From positions 14,127 through 78,126 of the forward strand of contig CAZJCW010000001.1 in assembly GCA_964544365.1 (NCBI GenBank): a DNA stretch of 64,000 nucleotides, given 5' to 3'. The notes under the pieces were generated by a model, which saw nothing but the letters and a program-made list of their open reading frames with translations, was not told where the DNA came from and searched no databases. The position numbers and the translations under genes were made by a program. This DNA comes from an uncultured Alsobacter sp. (lineage in GTDB: Bacteria; Pseudomonadota; Alphaproteobacteria; Rhizobiales; Beijerinckiaceae). Positions 8,053 through 16,532 of this stretch are shown piece by piece; positions within the stretch are counted from its first letter, which is position 1; every line of letters begins with the position of its first letter.

Positions 8053-9317
8053 CGAGACCCATGTCCAACCGATCCATCGTGATGTACTCGCCGGACACCG
8101 TCGGTCTCGGCCACGTCCGCCGGAATTCAACGATCGCGACCCATGTCGTCGAGATGAACCCGGACTGCAGCGTCGTGCTGCTGGTGGGTAGCGCCGCCGG
8201 TCCCGTCTTCGCGTTGCCGCCCGGCGTGGACACCATCAAGCTGCCTTCCGTCCAGAAGCTCAGCAGCGGCGACTGGTGCGCGCGCAGCCTGTCGATCTCC
8301 AACCAGGTTGCCCAGCGTGTCCGGTCCGGCCTGATCCGCGAAACCATCGCGACCCTTCGCCCCGACATTCTTCTGGTCGATCATCTGCCCTGCGGCATAT
8401 GGAGCGAACTGCTGCCCGTCTTCGAGTTCATCCGGAGCCGGCGCCTGCCGACGCGGATCGTGCTCGGCCTGCGGGACATCCTGGACGATCCGCAGCGCGT
8501 GTCTTCCCGCTGGAGCCGGGAAGGGACGTACGACGTCGTCCGGCGGTACTACGACAGCGTGTTCGTCTATGGCGATCGCGCCGTGTTCGACTCCGCGGCG
8601 GCCTATGGTCTGAGCGAGGAAATCTGCAGCGACGTTCGCTTCATGGGCTACGTCACCGGTGAGACGAATTCTTCGCCGGCAGCCAGCGGCCGGCAATCCG
8701 GCGGCCGTGACGAGAAGTTCGTCGTGGTCACCGCCGGCGGGGGTTACGACGCCTACCCGATGATGGCTGCGTCACTCGAGGCGCTGTCCGTCGTGCCAAG
8801 GTCGCAGCGCATCAGGGCTGTCGCCGTCGCGGGCCCGCTGATGCCGGACGAATACTTCGCTCGCCTCAGGGCAATGGCCGACGCTTCCGGCATCGAGCTC
8901 GTCCGGTTCACGTCGGAGCTCAAGACGATGCTGCGGCGCGCCGACCTCGTCGTGACGATGGGCGGATACAACTCGATGCTCGAGATCACCGCACTCGGCA
9001 AGGCGACGATCGTCATACCGCGCTCCGGACCGAGCATGGAGCAGACCGTTCGCTCGCAGATGTTCGAGCAGATGGGCTTCTCCCGGCACGTCCCGCTCGA
9101 GGCGGCCACGCCCGAGTTCCTGTCGCAGGCAATCGTCGCCGGACTCGCATCGCCGCCGCGCCCCTATGCGACCTTGGGCCTCGACGGTGCCCGCAACGCA
9201 GCCGCGGCACTGGTCGGAAAGCTCGCGCAGGCCTCTGGCCGGCGCTCGCAACTCCGCGCCTCGCGTTCGCGGCTGGTGCGGTCCGGCAGGGTGGAGAGCG
9301 TCCATGCTCATCCCTGA
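8049..9317 (+). CDS. GT28-like (COG4671-type) predicted glycosyltransferase
   Basis: GTG 8049 forms a GTGA overlap with the upstream stop; ATG 8061 is an alternative start. Motifs: IVMYSPDTVGLGHVRRNSTIA, VVTAGGGYDAYP, ADLVVTMGGYNSMLEITALGKATIVIPR. Confidence 0.8.
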   Translation: MTRPMSNRSIVMYSPDTVGLGHVRRNSTIATHVVEMNPDCSVVLLVGSAAGPVFALPPGVDTIKLPSVQKLSSGDWCARSLSISNQVAQRVRSGLIRETIATLRPDILLVDHLPCGIWSELLPVFEFIRSRRLPTRIVLGLRDILDDPQRVSSRWSREGTYDVVRRYYDSVFVYGDRAVFDSAAAYGLSEEICSDVRFMGYVTGETNSSPAASGRQSGGRDEKFVVVTAGGGYDAYPMMAASLEALSVVPRSQRIRAVAVAGPLMPDEYFARLRAMADASGIELVRFTSELKTMLRRADLVVTMGGYNSMLEITALGKATIVIPRSGPSMEQTVRSQMFEQMGFSRHVPLEAATPEFLSQAIVAGLASPPRPYATLGLDGARNAAAALVGKLAQASGRRSQLRASRSRLVRSGRVESVHAHP

Positions 9318-10560
9318 CAGGGCCGGAAAAGTCGGCGCAGGACTTCGGGTCGGCTATGTCCTGAAGCGGTTTCCGCGCCTGAGCCAGACCTTCGTGCTTG
9401 CGGAGATTCTCGAACTCGAGCGCCGCGGTGTCGAGGTGCGCGTGGCGTCGCTCCTGCCGCCCCTCGATGACGCGGACAAGGTCGACACCCGTGCCCTGCG
9501 CGCGAAAGTGGACGTCCTGCCAGACGGCTACGCCGTGTGGCCGAACGAAGACGGGCTTGAAGGCCTCGTTGCCGGAAAGACGGAGCGCGCGCGGGAACGG
9601 ATCGCCCATTGGTCGGCCGCACTGGCAGAGCTCTGGGGCTCCGAGGGAATCGACTGCCTGCACGCCCATTTCGGATCCGACGCGACCACCGTCGCGCTTC
9701 TGGCCGGACGCAGGATCGCGCGGCCCGTGTCGTTCACGGCGCATGCCCGCGACATCTTCAAGCACTACGCAACCGAGGACGAGGACCGGCTCGCACGCCG
9801 CTCGAAGATGGCGCTGGCCGATGCCGTCGTCACCGTGTCCGACTTCAACAAGTCCTATCTCGCCGCGATGGCCGGGCCGTCCTCGGCCGGGAAGATCGAA
9901 CGCATCTACAACGGGATCGATCTTGCCGCGATCAGACCGGGCCCCGCCGCAAAGCGGGAACAGGGCCTGATCTTGGCCGTCGGCCGCCTCATCGAGAAGA
10001 AGGGCTTCGGCGATCTCATCGCTGCTTGCGCCGTCCTCCGCTCGGGCGGTGTCGATTTCCGCTGCGAGATCGTCGGCGAGGGCCCGCTGCGCGAAAGCCT
10101 GGAGGCGCAGGTGCGTGCCTGCGGGCTCGAGGACGACGTTTCGTTCGTCGGCGCTGTTCCGCCCGCCGAAGTCTTGCGCCACATGCGGCGAGCGAGCGTC
10201 TTTGCCCTGCCCTGCGTCGTGGCCGCCGACGGCGATCGGGACGGCTTGCCGACCGTGCTTCTCGAGGCGCTGGCGAGTGGGCTTCCCGCGGTCACGACCC
10301 GGGTGGCTGGAACGCCCGAAATCATCACCGACGGGATCACCGGCCGGATCGTCGATCCAGCCGATCCCGCTCGGCTAGCCGAGGCTCTCGCGAGCCTTCT
10401 GATGCAACCGGATCTTGCCGGACGCTGCGGTCACCAGGGCCGCGCCAAGGCCGAGCGTGATTTCGACATCACCACCAATGTGGGTGCTCTTCATGACCTC
10501 TTCACCCGATACACCAGCCAGTTCGATCGCCGAGCTTCGGCAGCGCTTGCGGCAGAGTGA
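9304..10560 (+). CDS. glycosyltransferase family 4, GT4-b
   Basis: ATG 9304 lies inside ORF 9166..10560 and overlaps the upstream stop (9317) by 14 nt. Motifs: RVGYVLKRFPRLSQTFVLAEILELERRG, GRLIEKKGFGDLI, DGLPTVLLEALASGLPAVTTRVAGTPEIITDGITG (E-x7-E). Confidence 0.88.
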   Translation: MLIPDRAGKVGAGLRVGYVLKRFPRLSQTFVLAEILELERRGVEVRVASLLPPLDDADKVDTRALRAKVDVLPDGYAVWPNEDGLEGLVAGKTERARERIAHWSAALAELWGSEGIDCLHAHFGSDATTVALLAGRRIARPVSFTAHARDIFKHYATEDEDRLARRSKMALADAVVTVSDFNKSYLAAMAGPSSAGKIERIYNGIDLAAIRPGPAAKREQGLILAVGRLIEKKGFGDLIAACAVLRSGGVDFRCEIVGEGPLRESLEAQVRACGLEDDVSFVGAVPPAEVLRHMRRASVFALPCVVAADGDRDGLPTVLLEALASGLPAVTTRVAGTPEIITDGITGRIVDPADPARLAEALASLLMQPDLAGRCGHQGRAKAERDFDITTNVGALHDLFTRYTSQFDRRASAALAAE

Positions 10561-10570
10561 GGCGCAACCC

Positions 10571-12067
10571 GTGAGCACGCGACGCAAGGGTCCACTGACT
10601 GTCGTCATGGTCGTTTCGCTCGGCCTTGCCGGCGGGTGGGGTGTCTTCGCGATGTCAGGCCATCGCCTCTCGGCCAGCCCCGCCTTGGCGTCGGGCCCGG
10701 AGGGAGGCGGCATGTCCGCCTTCGAGACGGCCTCGGTGACACGTGGCATCGTTCGTCGTCGCATCCAGACGGCAGGGCCCATCAAGCCGGTCGTGACCGC
10801 GCAGGTCGGATCCCAGCTCTCAGGGCAGGTCCGCGAGATCCGGGCAGACTTCAACACGGTCGTACAGGCCGGCGACGTTCTCGCGGTGCTCGACGCGAAG
10901 ACCTTCGCCGCCCGCATCGACCAGGCCATGGCCGAACTCGACATGGCGAAGGCCGCGCTGACGAACCAGACCGCCAACCACGACAAGTCGGTCGCAAACC
11001 TCCGCGTCGCCGAGCGCAACAGCCAGCGCCTCAAGGATCTCAACTCGCGAGGCGTCGGCTCGGAGGCGCAACTCGACTCCGCGCAGCGGGATGTCGAGGT
11101 CGCGCGCGCCGAGATGATCGTGTCGAAGGCGCAGGTCGACAGCGCCCGCGCCAATGTCGTGCAGCGCCAGGCCGCCTTGTCGCAGATGACGATCGATCTG
11201 GAACGGACAGAGATCCGCGCGCCGATCGCAGGCATCGTGATTTCACGTTCCGTCGAGATCGGGCAGACCGTGGCGGCCAGCCTGTCGGCTCCCGAACTCT
11301 TCCGCATCGCCCAGGATCTGCGTCAGGTTCGCATCGATGCGCAGGTGAACGAAGCCGACATCGGCGGCGTCTCCGTCGGCAACCCGGCGACGTTTCGCGT
11401 CGATGCCCACCCCGGGCGCACCTTCTCCGGAACAGTGTCCCAGGTGAGGCTTGCCGCGACGGAAGAAAACAACGTCGTCACCTATACCGTCGTGATCGAA
11501 GCCGAGAACCCGGACCTCAAGTTGTATCCCGGCATGACGGCGACGGTGGAGATCGAGACCGCCCGGCGTCAGGACGTGCTCCGGCTCCCGGCCGAGGCAC
11601 TGCGCTTCCGCCCGAGGCAGGTGACACCGGCCATGACGGCCGGCGACAAGTCGGAGCGTCGCGAAGTGCAGCTCGAGCGTCTCGCGAAGAAGCTCTCCCT
11701 GACGCCGCAGCAGCTGGCTGCCGCGAAGGAGCGTCTCACTGCGATGGAACAGGCCAAGACCAAGTCGGCGGGCGCCGAAGGGGAAGCCAAGGCCAAGCGC
11801 GTCGGTTCGACCGATAGGCTGGCGATGGTGGTCGAGCCGCTGCTGAACGAACAGCAGCGCACCCTCTTGTCCGCGTGGCGCGAAGAACGCGAGGACACGA
11901 ACGCGACCGCGGTTTGGGTCGTCGGAAACGACGGTGTTCCGATCCGGCGCCCGATCAGGATCGGCCTGGTCGACGGCACCCACGCCGAACTGATCGGCAC
12001 GCCGATCACCGAGGACGAGAAGGTGATCGTCAGGGCGAGGACGCGGACCCCGAAGGATCGGCCATGA
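10571..12067 (+). CDS. HlyD-family membrane-fusion (periplasmic adaptor) protein, MacA/DevB-like, with an internal insertion
   Basis: GTG 10571 lies 10 nt after the GT4-b stop; the start is uncertain because the ORF opens at 10415. There is an N-terminal TM anchor (LTVVMVVSLGLAGGWGVFAM), a lipoyl-like segment (GQVREIRADFNTVVQAGDVLAVLD), a long coiled coil and TEIRAPIAGIV. A Lys/Glu/Gln-rich insertion of about 93 codons lies at 11621..11899. Confidence 0.85.
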   Translation: MSTRRKGPLTVVMVVSLGLAGGWGVFAMSGHRLSASPALASGPEGGGMSAFETASVTRGIVRRRIQTAGPIKPVVTAQVGSQLSGQVREIRADFNTVVQAGDVLAVLDAKTFAARIDQAMAELDMAKAALTNQTANHDKSVANLRVAERNSQRLKDLNSRGVGSEAQLDSAQRDVEVARAEMIVSKAQVDSARANVVQRQAALSQMTIDLERTEIRAPIAGIVISRSVEIGQTVAASLSAPELFRIAQDLRQVRIDAQVNEADIGGVSVGNPATFRVDAHPGRTFSGTVSQVRLAATEENNVVTYTVVIEAENPDLKLYPGMTATVEIETARRQDVLRLPAEALRFRPRQVTPAMTAGDKSERREVQLERLAKKLSLTPQQLAAAKERLTAMEQAKTKSAGAEGEAKAKRVGSTDRLAMVVEPLLNEQQRTLLSAWREEREDTNATAVWVVGNDGVPIRRPIRIGLVDGTHAELIGTPITEDEKVIVRARTRTPKDRP

Positions 12068-12804
12068 ACGCCCATGTCCGAACGCAGACGGCACTCGTCG
12101 AAGCGCGCGACCTGGTGAAGTCCTACACCGTAGGCACTCACACGATCGAGGCCCTGAGAGGCGTCACCCTGTCCATCGGCGCCGGTGATTTCGTCGCGAT
12201 CATGGGGACATCGGGGTCGGGCAAGTCGACCCTGATGAATCTCGTCGGGACGCTGGACCGCCCCTCCGGTGGCGTCCTGATGATCGGGGGGCACGAGGTG
12301 TCCCGTCTTGACGACGACGGCCTCGCGGGCGTTCGAAACCGCCTCATCGGGTTCGTGTTCCAGCACTTCAATCTGTTGCCCCGCACGTCGGCCCTCGAGC
12401 AGGTCATGCTGCCGCTGCGCTATCGCCGCGTCCCGGCCAGGCAGGCGGAGGCAGAAGCGCGCGCGAGACTGGCTCAGGTCGGTCTGGGAGACCGCACGGA
12501 CCACCGACCGCAGCAATTGTCGGGTGGCCAGCAGCAGCGCGTCGCCATCGCCCGCGCACTGGTCGGCGACCCACTCCTCCTGCTGGCCGACGAGCCCACG
12601 GGCGCGCTCGATTCGCGGACATCCGCCGAGATCATGAAACTTCTCGTCGATCTCAACGACCAGGGCGTCACGATCGTCCTCGTGACCCACGATCCCACGG
12701 TGGCGACCTACGCGAAGCGCTGCATCACCATGCGTGACGGAGCCATCGTCGAGGATCGCGCCGTATCGCGCCGAGAACTGGAGACGAGTCATGCGGTTGG
12801 CTGA
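12064..12804 (+). CDS. ABC transporter ATP-binding protein (MacB/LolD/DevA-type)
   Basis: ATGA overlap with the adaptor stop. Walker A is GTSGSGKSTL, the signature is LSGGQQQRVAIARAL and Walker B is [12 protein letters not shown]. Confidence 0.93.
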   Translation: MNAHVRTQTALVEARDLVKSYTVGTHTIEALRGVTLSIGAGDFVAIMGTSGSGKSTLMNLVGTLDRPSGGVLMIGGHEVSRLDDDGLAGVRNRLIGFVFQHFNLLPRTSALEQVMLPLRYRRVPARQAEAEARARLAQVGLGDRTDHRPQQLSGGQQQRVAIARALVGDPLLLLADEPTGALDSRTSAEIMKLLVDLNDQGVTIVLVTHDPTVATYAKRCITMRDGAIVEDRAVSRRELETSHAVG

Positions 12805-14023
12805 CCTCTTTCTCGTGGCCTTGGCAGCCCTGCGGGCAAATCTTCTGCGCAGTCTCCTCACCACGCTCGGCATCATCATCGGCGTTGCCTCGGTCATCGT
12901 GATGGTGGCCGTGGGCGAGGGCGCACGCAGCGAGGTCGAGCGGCAGATCGCCAGCCTCGGCACCAACATCCTTCAGGTTCAGCCGGGATCGAGCCGGGTG
13001 CGTGGCCGTTGGGCGGGAAGCGGGACGCGGCTGCCTTTCTCCGAGCAGGATCTCCAGGCGATCCGCTCAGGCGTCCCCGCGGTCGCCGCCATCTCCGGTG
13101 TCCTGACCAACGTGGCGCCGATCGTGAACGGGCCGACGAACTGGCTGAGCAGCATCGAAGGCGTGAGCGACGACTACCTGAATGTCAGGACGTGGGATCT
13201 CGCCGGCGGTCGCTTCTTCGGCGCTGACGAGGAGGCGGCCGGCGCGCGGATCGCCGTCATCGGCCAGACCGTCGCGACCCAGCTCTTCGGCGACACGGAT
13301 CCGATCGGAGCCGAAGTCCGCATCATGAATGTGCCGTTCGAGATCGTCGGCGTGCTCGAGCGGAAGGGCCAGTCGACGTCCGGAAAGGACCTCGACGATG
13401 TGGTTCTCGTCCCCGCTTCGACGGCCCGCTCGAAGATGTCGAAGCCCAACAAGAACGTCCCGCGTCAGGTGGGCAACCTGGTCATCAAGGTCACCGAAGG
13501 CGAGGCGCTCGACGAAGCGAAGGCCGAGATCGAGGATGTCCTGCGCAAGCGCCGGAGAAGTCAGGCCAACGGCGAGGACGACTTCTTCGTTCGGGACCTC
13601 GCGGACTACAACCGGACGCGTACGGCAACGCAGCAGACTTTGGGTCTTCTGCTCGGTGCAACGGCCCTGATCTCGCTTCTCGTCGGCGGCATCGGCATCA
13701 TGAACATCATGCTTGTGTCCGTGTCGGAGAGGACGAAGGAGATCGGACTGCGGATGGCCGTCGGCGCGCGGCGGGGAGACATCCTGCGGCAATTCCTCAC
13801 GGAATCCGTGGTGTTATGCCTCATGGGGGGATTTGCCGGCGTGATTGCCGGGGTGGGTGCCACCATCCTGTCGGCCACGGTCGCCGGCTGGCCCGTGCTG
13901 ATCAGCCCGGCCATCGTCGCAACGGCCCTCGCAGCCGCCGCTGCAACAGGATTGCTGTTCGGCTTCCTGCCCGCCCGGCGTGCAGCAGGCATGAGTCCCA
14001 TCGACGCCCTGCGGGCCGACTGA
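12791..14023 (+). CDS. ABC transporter permease, FtsX/MacB type with periplasmic domain
   Basis: ATG 12791 overlaps the ATPase stop by 14 nt. N-terminal TM (RSLLTTLGIIIGVASVIVMVAVG), then a periplasmic domain of about 220 aa, then the FtsX module GGIGIMNIMLVSVSERTKEIGLRMAVGARRGDILRQFL. Confidence 0.9.
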   Translation: MRLADLFLVALAALRANLLRSLLTTLGIIIGVASVIVMVAVGEGARSEVERQIASLGTNILQVQPGSSRVRGRWAGSGTRLPFSEQDLQAIRSGVPAVAAISGVLTNVAPIVNGPTNWLSSIEGVSDDYLNVRTWDLAGGRFFGADEEAAGARIAVIGQTVATQLFGDTDPIGAEVRIMNVPFEIVGVLERKGQSTSGKDLDDVVLVPASTARSKMSKPNKNVPRQVGNLVIKVTEGEALDEAKAEIEDVLRKRRRSQANGEDDFFVRDLADYNRTRTATQQTLGLLLGATALISLLVGGIGIMNIMLVSVSERTKEIGLRMAVGARRGDILRQFLTESVVLCLMGGFAGVIAGVGATILSATVAGWPVLISPAIVATALAAAAATGLLFGFLPARRAAGMSPIDALRAD

Positions 14024-14033
14024 GCAAAGTTGC

Positions 14034-14052
14034 CGCGCCTCGAAGAGGCGCG
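14034..14052. terminator. GC-rich hairpin between convergent genes (candidate bidirectional terminator)
   Basis: cgcgcctc-gaa-gaggcgcg forms an 8-bp perfect stem with a 3-nt loop. It lies 10 nt after the permease stop and 26 nt before the stop of the convergent gene. There is no clear U-tract. Confidence 0.5.
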
Positions 14053-14077
14053 CCAATATCAAGATCCGAGCCTGGCC

Positions 14078-15778
14078 TCAGTTGAGACCTGGCTCGTTTG
14101 CAGCAGCGGTGAGGATCCGCACGATCGAGGCGAGGGCATGGGTATGAACGTAGTTCGGCCCATTGTCCGGAGCTGCCTTGGCGATCGCGAGCCAGGCTTC
14201 AGTGGTGGTGAGATCGACGTCGCTACCCATGATCGCGTTGCCCGCGCTCTGCGCGACGGGAAACAGGGCTGCAACCAGCCGCAGAGGTGCTCTGCCGAGA
14301 ATCTGGGGCCAGGCAGGATCGGAAACGACCGCGCGGAACGCCGCCAGTTCCTCCGGCGTGCAAGAACCGGTCAGATGGCCGTAGCGGAGCCATAGGGCCG
14401 CTGTGTCGCCCCGTGCCTCCACCTCGTAGCGCGTCGAAAGATCGAAGAGCAACCTTGCCGTCGCGCTCTTGTCCGGTTGGGCCGTCATGGTGCGCGAGTG
14501 AAACAGCATGTGATGGATGGCCTGGGTGGCCGACCGCAGCTCTGGCGTCAGTTTTGAACTCCGATGCGACGTCTCGCTTGCGAAGCGGCTGAACAGAGCC
14601 GCAGGAACAATGAGCGCAGGATCCGCATCGGAGAGGACGGCAGACGGAGAGGCTGCAGCCATCATCAAGGGTGCTGGCGCTTCGGCGGGCGGCATCACCG
14701 CAATCGCCACGAGGCAGGTGGCGATCATGCCGGACGATGCAATCTGCCAGCGTACCGGGCGGATTCCCTGAAGAGCCGGAACGTCGCCCCTGAGGGCCAG
14801 GATCAAGGCGATGCAGATGATCGGGATGTGCCCCATGAGTTCGGCAACGCCGAACAGCAATCCTGTCAGAATGAACAGGACTGTCAGGGCAGAGCCGACG
14901 ATCCGCGTGCCCATGCCGAGGATCAGAAGGGTTCCGAAGGCAATCTCGGCGAGCCCTGCGCCGAACACGAAGTGAAGATGCGAGAACTCCGACAGTCCGA
15001 GAAGTCTCGGAAAGTTGACGATGGGGTAGGTCTGAACGAACGCAAGAGAGACCTCGGGCTCGAGGATCTTGTCGTGAAGAGCCAGAACCACGAGTTGAAT
15101 GCCGAGGCCGCTTCTCAGGATGAACACGGCCAGCGCATCATCCGCTTGCCATGATGGCTCGCTGGAGCGGGACCATCCCGTCCACCAGCGGCCCTTCGCG
15201 TTGGTGGCGGAAGCCGTGAGATGCGGGCCGATCACGATGAGAGCACCGGCAATCGCCAGGATCTCGAATGCGTAGTCGATCATCTCGACGATGGAGAACA
15301 GGGCGAAACTCGCGACCGACATCACGATCAGCAGGATACTGGCTGATCGTATCCTTGACTGGACGACGAGCATCGCTCCGAGGATCGCTTGGGCAAGCAG
15401 CGCTCCCTGTGCGGCGATCGATGTTCCGGCGGTCAGATTGGGTGCAATCATGACATGCTCGAGACTGCTGATCACGAGCGTCAATCCGAACAGGATTGCA
15501 AGGATGCGCCATTCGAAGAGGCTTGGATTCAATGCGGGACGCGTCAGGAATTGCTGCAGCTTCGGGACCCGGCTGCTCAGCAGCGACATGAGCGCGACGC
15601 CGGCGACGAACATCACGGCAGCCACGAGCATCAGCGTATGCATGACATCCCACTGCAAGACAGGCTTTTGCAGCGGGATCTTGGGATCGAGGAACCAGCG
15701 GGCATGAGCCGACGCGGAGGCGGGCGCCATGGCGAAGGCCACGGTCGCAAAGAACCGGGTAAAGCGAGACGACGCCAT
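14078..15778 (-). CDS. large polytopic membrane protein of unknown function (DoxX-like hydrophobic core plus a C-terminal soluble domain of about 200 aa)
   Basis: The ORF runs 14078..15838. The preferred start is ATG 15778, which gives a signal-peptide-like N-terminus (MASSRFTRFFATVAFAMAPASASAHA). Ten or more hydrophobic segments follow (e.g. GAGLAEIAFGTLLILGMGTRIVGSALTVLFILTGLLFG), then a non-hydrophobic tail with no motif I recognise. Confidence 0.6.
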   Translation of the reverse strand: MASSRFTRFFATVAFAMAPASASAHARWFLDPKIPLQKPVLQWDVMHTLMLVAAVMFVAGVALMSLLSSRVPKLQQFLTRPALNPSLFEWRILAILFGLTLVISSLEHVMIAPNLTAGTSIAAQGALLAQAILGAMLVVQSRIRSASILLIVMSVASFALFSIVEMIDYAFEILAIAGALIVIGPHLTASATNAKGRWWTGWSRSSEPSWQADDALAVFILRSGLGIQLVVLALHDKILEPEVSLAFVQTYPIVNFPRLLGLSEFSHLHFVFGAGLAEIAFGTLLILGMGTRIVGSALTVLFILTGLLFGVAELMGHIPIICIALILALRGDVPALQGIRPVRWQIASSGMIATCLVAIAVMPPAEAPAPLMMAAASPSAVLSDADPALIVPAALFSRFASETSHRSSKLTPELRSATQAIHHMLFHSRTMTAQPDKSATARLLFDLSTRYEVEARGDTAALWLRYGHLTGSCTPEELAAFRAVVSDPAWPQILGRAPLRLVAALFPVAQSAGNAIMGSDVDLTTTEAWLAIAKAAPDNGPNYVHTHALASIVRILTAAANEPGLN

Positions 15779-16452
15779 TCTGGCCAAGACGTTCGATGCG
15801 ACGGGTACTGCGATGCGGTCTCGCATGGCCGACTCCAAAGGTGATCACCGACCAGGGCCGGCGTCGTGTTGCCCACTGTGAGGGCCAACCCAGAGCGTTT
15901 CTTCAGAGGTGGAGGTCCGCTCAGGCAGATCTCCTAAGTTTCTTTACGCAGATTGCGTCTGTTAAATAGACGTTACCAACTTCGCTCGAATTGAGAACGG
16001 GAGTTCGTCCTGCACCCGCTGGTGACTTGGTCGTACATCGCGCCGGGGGACCAAACGTAACGCCATCGCGACATCCGGCGGTGGACTGTGTCCGACCAAT
16101 GTATGGGACCAAGGGCTCGCGTTTCTCTGTCTCGGAGCACGCCGGAAACGGTCAAGGACGCTGTAGAGCCAAGCGGTCTCGGCCGCCGTGCACGCATCGC
16201 TTCCGCTCGCGGAAGAGGATCGTCACACGCGGGAGTCGTGGATCGTCGACGGCGCCGGGGCGCGCAACACGGCTCGGACTGCCCGACCCTCGCAAGGTTC
16301 ACGCCGTCATCGCGTGACGCATCACGACAATCTCTGGATGAGAAAAAGCTCAACAGATGCGAGGGCGTGGGCCACGGCAGCGCGCACGCGGAAAGTCATG
16401 CCGAGAGGCCGAAACCTCGATAGTCGTGACGGTATCGGGTAAGCCGGTTCGA

Positions 16453-16474
16453 GGCAGGTGGAAATGGACCTGCC
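16453..16474 (-). terminator. hairpin downstream of yghU (candidate terminator)
   Basis: ggcaggt-N8-acctgcc forms a 7-bp stem, 59 nt past the yghU stop on the minus strand. There is no U-tract, so this is weak. Confidence 0.35.
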
Positions 16475-16532
16475 CCTGCAACGCTCCGCTACCGAGGAGG
16501 ATGAAGGATCAGGTTTGGTTCGGCGTCGGCTG

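Noticed and set aside
15921-16442. Small ORFs in the 750-bp gap (63, 126, 108, 111 and 84 codons)
   Set aside because: They overlap one another in different frames, have Arg/Ser/Cys-rich composition, and lack an RBS and recognisable motifs. The region is treated as non-coding pending a search.
16440-16475. tRNA-like GGTTCGAGG segment
   Set aside because: There is no complementary T-stem, acceptor stem or anticodon arm around it. The local structure is a simple hairpin downstream of yghU.
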